Of a DNA stretch of 11,798 nucleotides, positions 10,719 to 11,798 are shown in pieces. A program made the translations under genes and the position numbers. Source of the stretch: Adineta steineri (taxonomy: Eukaryota); contig CAJNOG010000006.1 in NCBI GenBank assembly GCA_905250045.1, positions 463,242 to 475,039 of the forward strand, read 5' to 3'. How positions within the stretch are numbered: position 1 is the stretch's first letter; each line of letters begins with the position of its first letter. The notes beneath the pieces are model-generated. The model did not search any database. It worked only from the letters and a program-made list of their open reading frames with translations, and was not told where the DNA came from.

Positions 10719-10975
10719 CGGGTGTAGATTTGAGTGTGGATGTGAACGTAGATGGGTGCGAGTGTGGGTATTGCATTACGTATAACCAACATCCACATCG
10801 ACACTCTCATACACCAACCCACACCCTCAAGATAGTAATATTGTACTTATACCAGACTGGTGGGATGACTGGATATGCCAAAAGGATTCTCTCCCTAATA
10901 GAGGGTGTGGGCGCAGATGGGTGCGAATGAGTCTGATTAACTTAATATATACACCCTCACCCACACCCATTCTGT
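10719..10975. repeat. G-rich/C-rich alternating foldback-like segment with TGTGGG/CCCACA units
   Basis: TGTGGG at 10763..10768 and 10906..10911; CCCACA at 10818..10823 and 10960..10965. Perfect 11-bp inverted repeat cccacaccctc (10818..10828) / gagggtgtggg (10901..10911). Direct 12-bp repeat agatgggtgcga at 10750..10761 and 10915..10926. Confidence 0.65.
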
Positions 10976-11444
10976 CACCTTTTGAGAATCAGATGCTGAA
11001 TAATAAAAAAACATTAGGATAGTTTCATATTACAGCTAATTTCATACTGACTTGACAAAACTTTTTCTAAATACTATTTTTAAATTTAACATTCATGATG
11101 AAGATTCAATTAAGTGAGTATACATGTAAAAATAACTACAACTTCTTCGAATTGCCATGAAAAACATGCAGTAATTCATAATATTTATTTAAATTCTAGT
11201 TATCATTCGTAGTATGATTAAGTCAGAAATGAGTGAGTCTTATTATTGATATTGTGTAATTAATATTGACAATCAATTATGTGTATTACATTTGATTTTA
11301 TCTTTGCATGTTAGTACACAATTATATATTGAATAAGTAAAAAACGAGATTATTCATTCGATGGAATAAAAGAATAAATTGTTCTTAAAGTGCAACGATT
11401 AAGAAAAGAATAAAATTGACGTAAATAGCTTTTGAAAAGAATAA

Positions 11445-11798
11445 ATGAGTAAGAAAATCATTTCTTCTGAAATGGCAACGAATGATTTTGTAAATGATTT
11501 GAAAAGTTTATCATTATCTCAATCCGAAAATGTTTATATTGAAACAGTTCAACGTTTATCTCTTCGTTTAAAATCTGCTACTCCGAATGGATTACTCGAA
11601 GATAAACCATTTGCTCTTTCACTGATCGATAACTTCTATCGAATAATTCCAATATTCGAAAAGAAGTTATCAAATAAAAATGCTGAATCACATGCAACAA
11701 ATTTATTTCTCGAAACATTACAGAATGCATGCCGTGGAGTTTGTTTAACAGATTTATTTTATTCTGTTAAAGATCCATCACATTTGAAAACTATCTTT
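11445..11798 (+). CDS. 5' part of an unidentified protein gene, truncated by the window edge; possibly ataxin-10-like
   Basis: Uninterrupted 118 codons: MSKKIISSEMATNDFVNDLKSLSLSQSENVYIETVQRLSLRLKSATPNGLLEDKPFALSLIDNFYRIIPIFEKKLSNKNAESHATNLFLETLQNACRGVCLTDLFYSVKDPSHLKTIF. The codon use and helical character look coding. The resemblance of LETLQNACRG to the ataxin-10 LRNAC region is weak. Confidence 0.6.
   Translation, partial: MSKKIISSEMATNDFVNDLKSLSLSQSENVYIETVQRLSLRLKSATPNGLLEDKPFALSLIDNFYRIIPIFEKKLSNKNAESHATNLFLETLQNACRGVCLTDLFYSVKDPSHLKTIF

Noticed and set aside
10730-10930. 66-aa ORF MSVDVNVDGCECGYC...
   Set aside because: It lies entirely in the G/T and C/A-rich repeat-like segment, has low complexity and no recognisable family, so it is probably spurious.
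1-11798. Prokaryotic systems, CRISPR arrays, transposase or reverse transcriptase genes, tRNA or rRNA genes
   Set aside because: No regularly spaced repeats, recognisable mobile-element proteins or structured RNA sequences were seen on either strand. The coding content is explained by intron-containing eukaryotic genes.

Overview
This is an AT-rich eukaryotic nuclear window with very short introns. Translation and splice-phase reconstruction support three complete, co-oriented (+) protein-coding genes and the 5' end of a fourth. They are: (1) a CHMP4/Snf7-like ESCRT-III subunit, 482..1261, 3 exons, 226 aa; (2) tripeptidyl-peptidase 2 (TPP2), 2667..8321, 23 reconstructed exons, about 1307 aa, with the Asp/His/Ser subtilisin triad intact; (3) CDK5RAP3, 8475..10603, 11 exons, 534 aa; (4) an open reading frame from 11445 to the window edge, with only a weak ataxin-10-like resemblance. 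Of the 34 inferred introns, 33 are 46-65 bp and one, in TPP2 just upstream of the catalytic His, is 611 bp. The organism is probably a small-intron invertebrate; a bdelloid rotifer is my best guess, but this is inference. I found no CRISPR array, phage, toxin/defence or other prokaryote-type system, and no convincing new multi-gene system. The items most worth following up are a G-rich/C-rich, TGTGGG-containing foldback segment after CDK5RAP3, the outlier TPP2 intron, a candidate trans-splice acceptor between the closely spaced TPP2 and CDK5RAP3, a tandem donor in TPP2, and altered IDWG-type motifs in CDK5RAP3. All homology calls rest on recalled family sequences, with no database search run.
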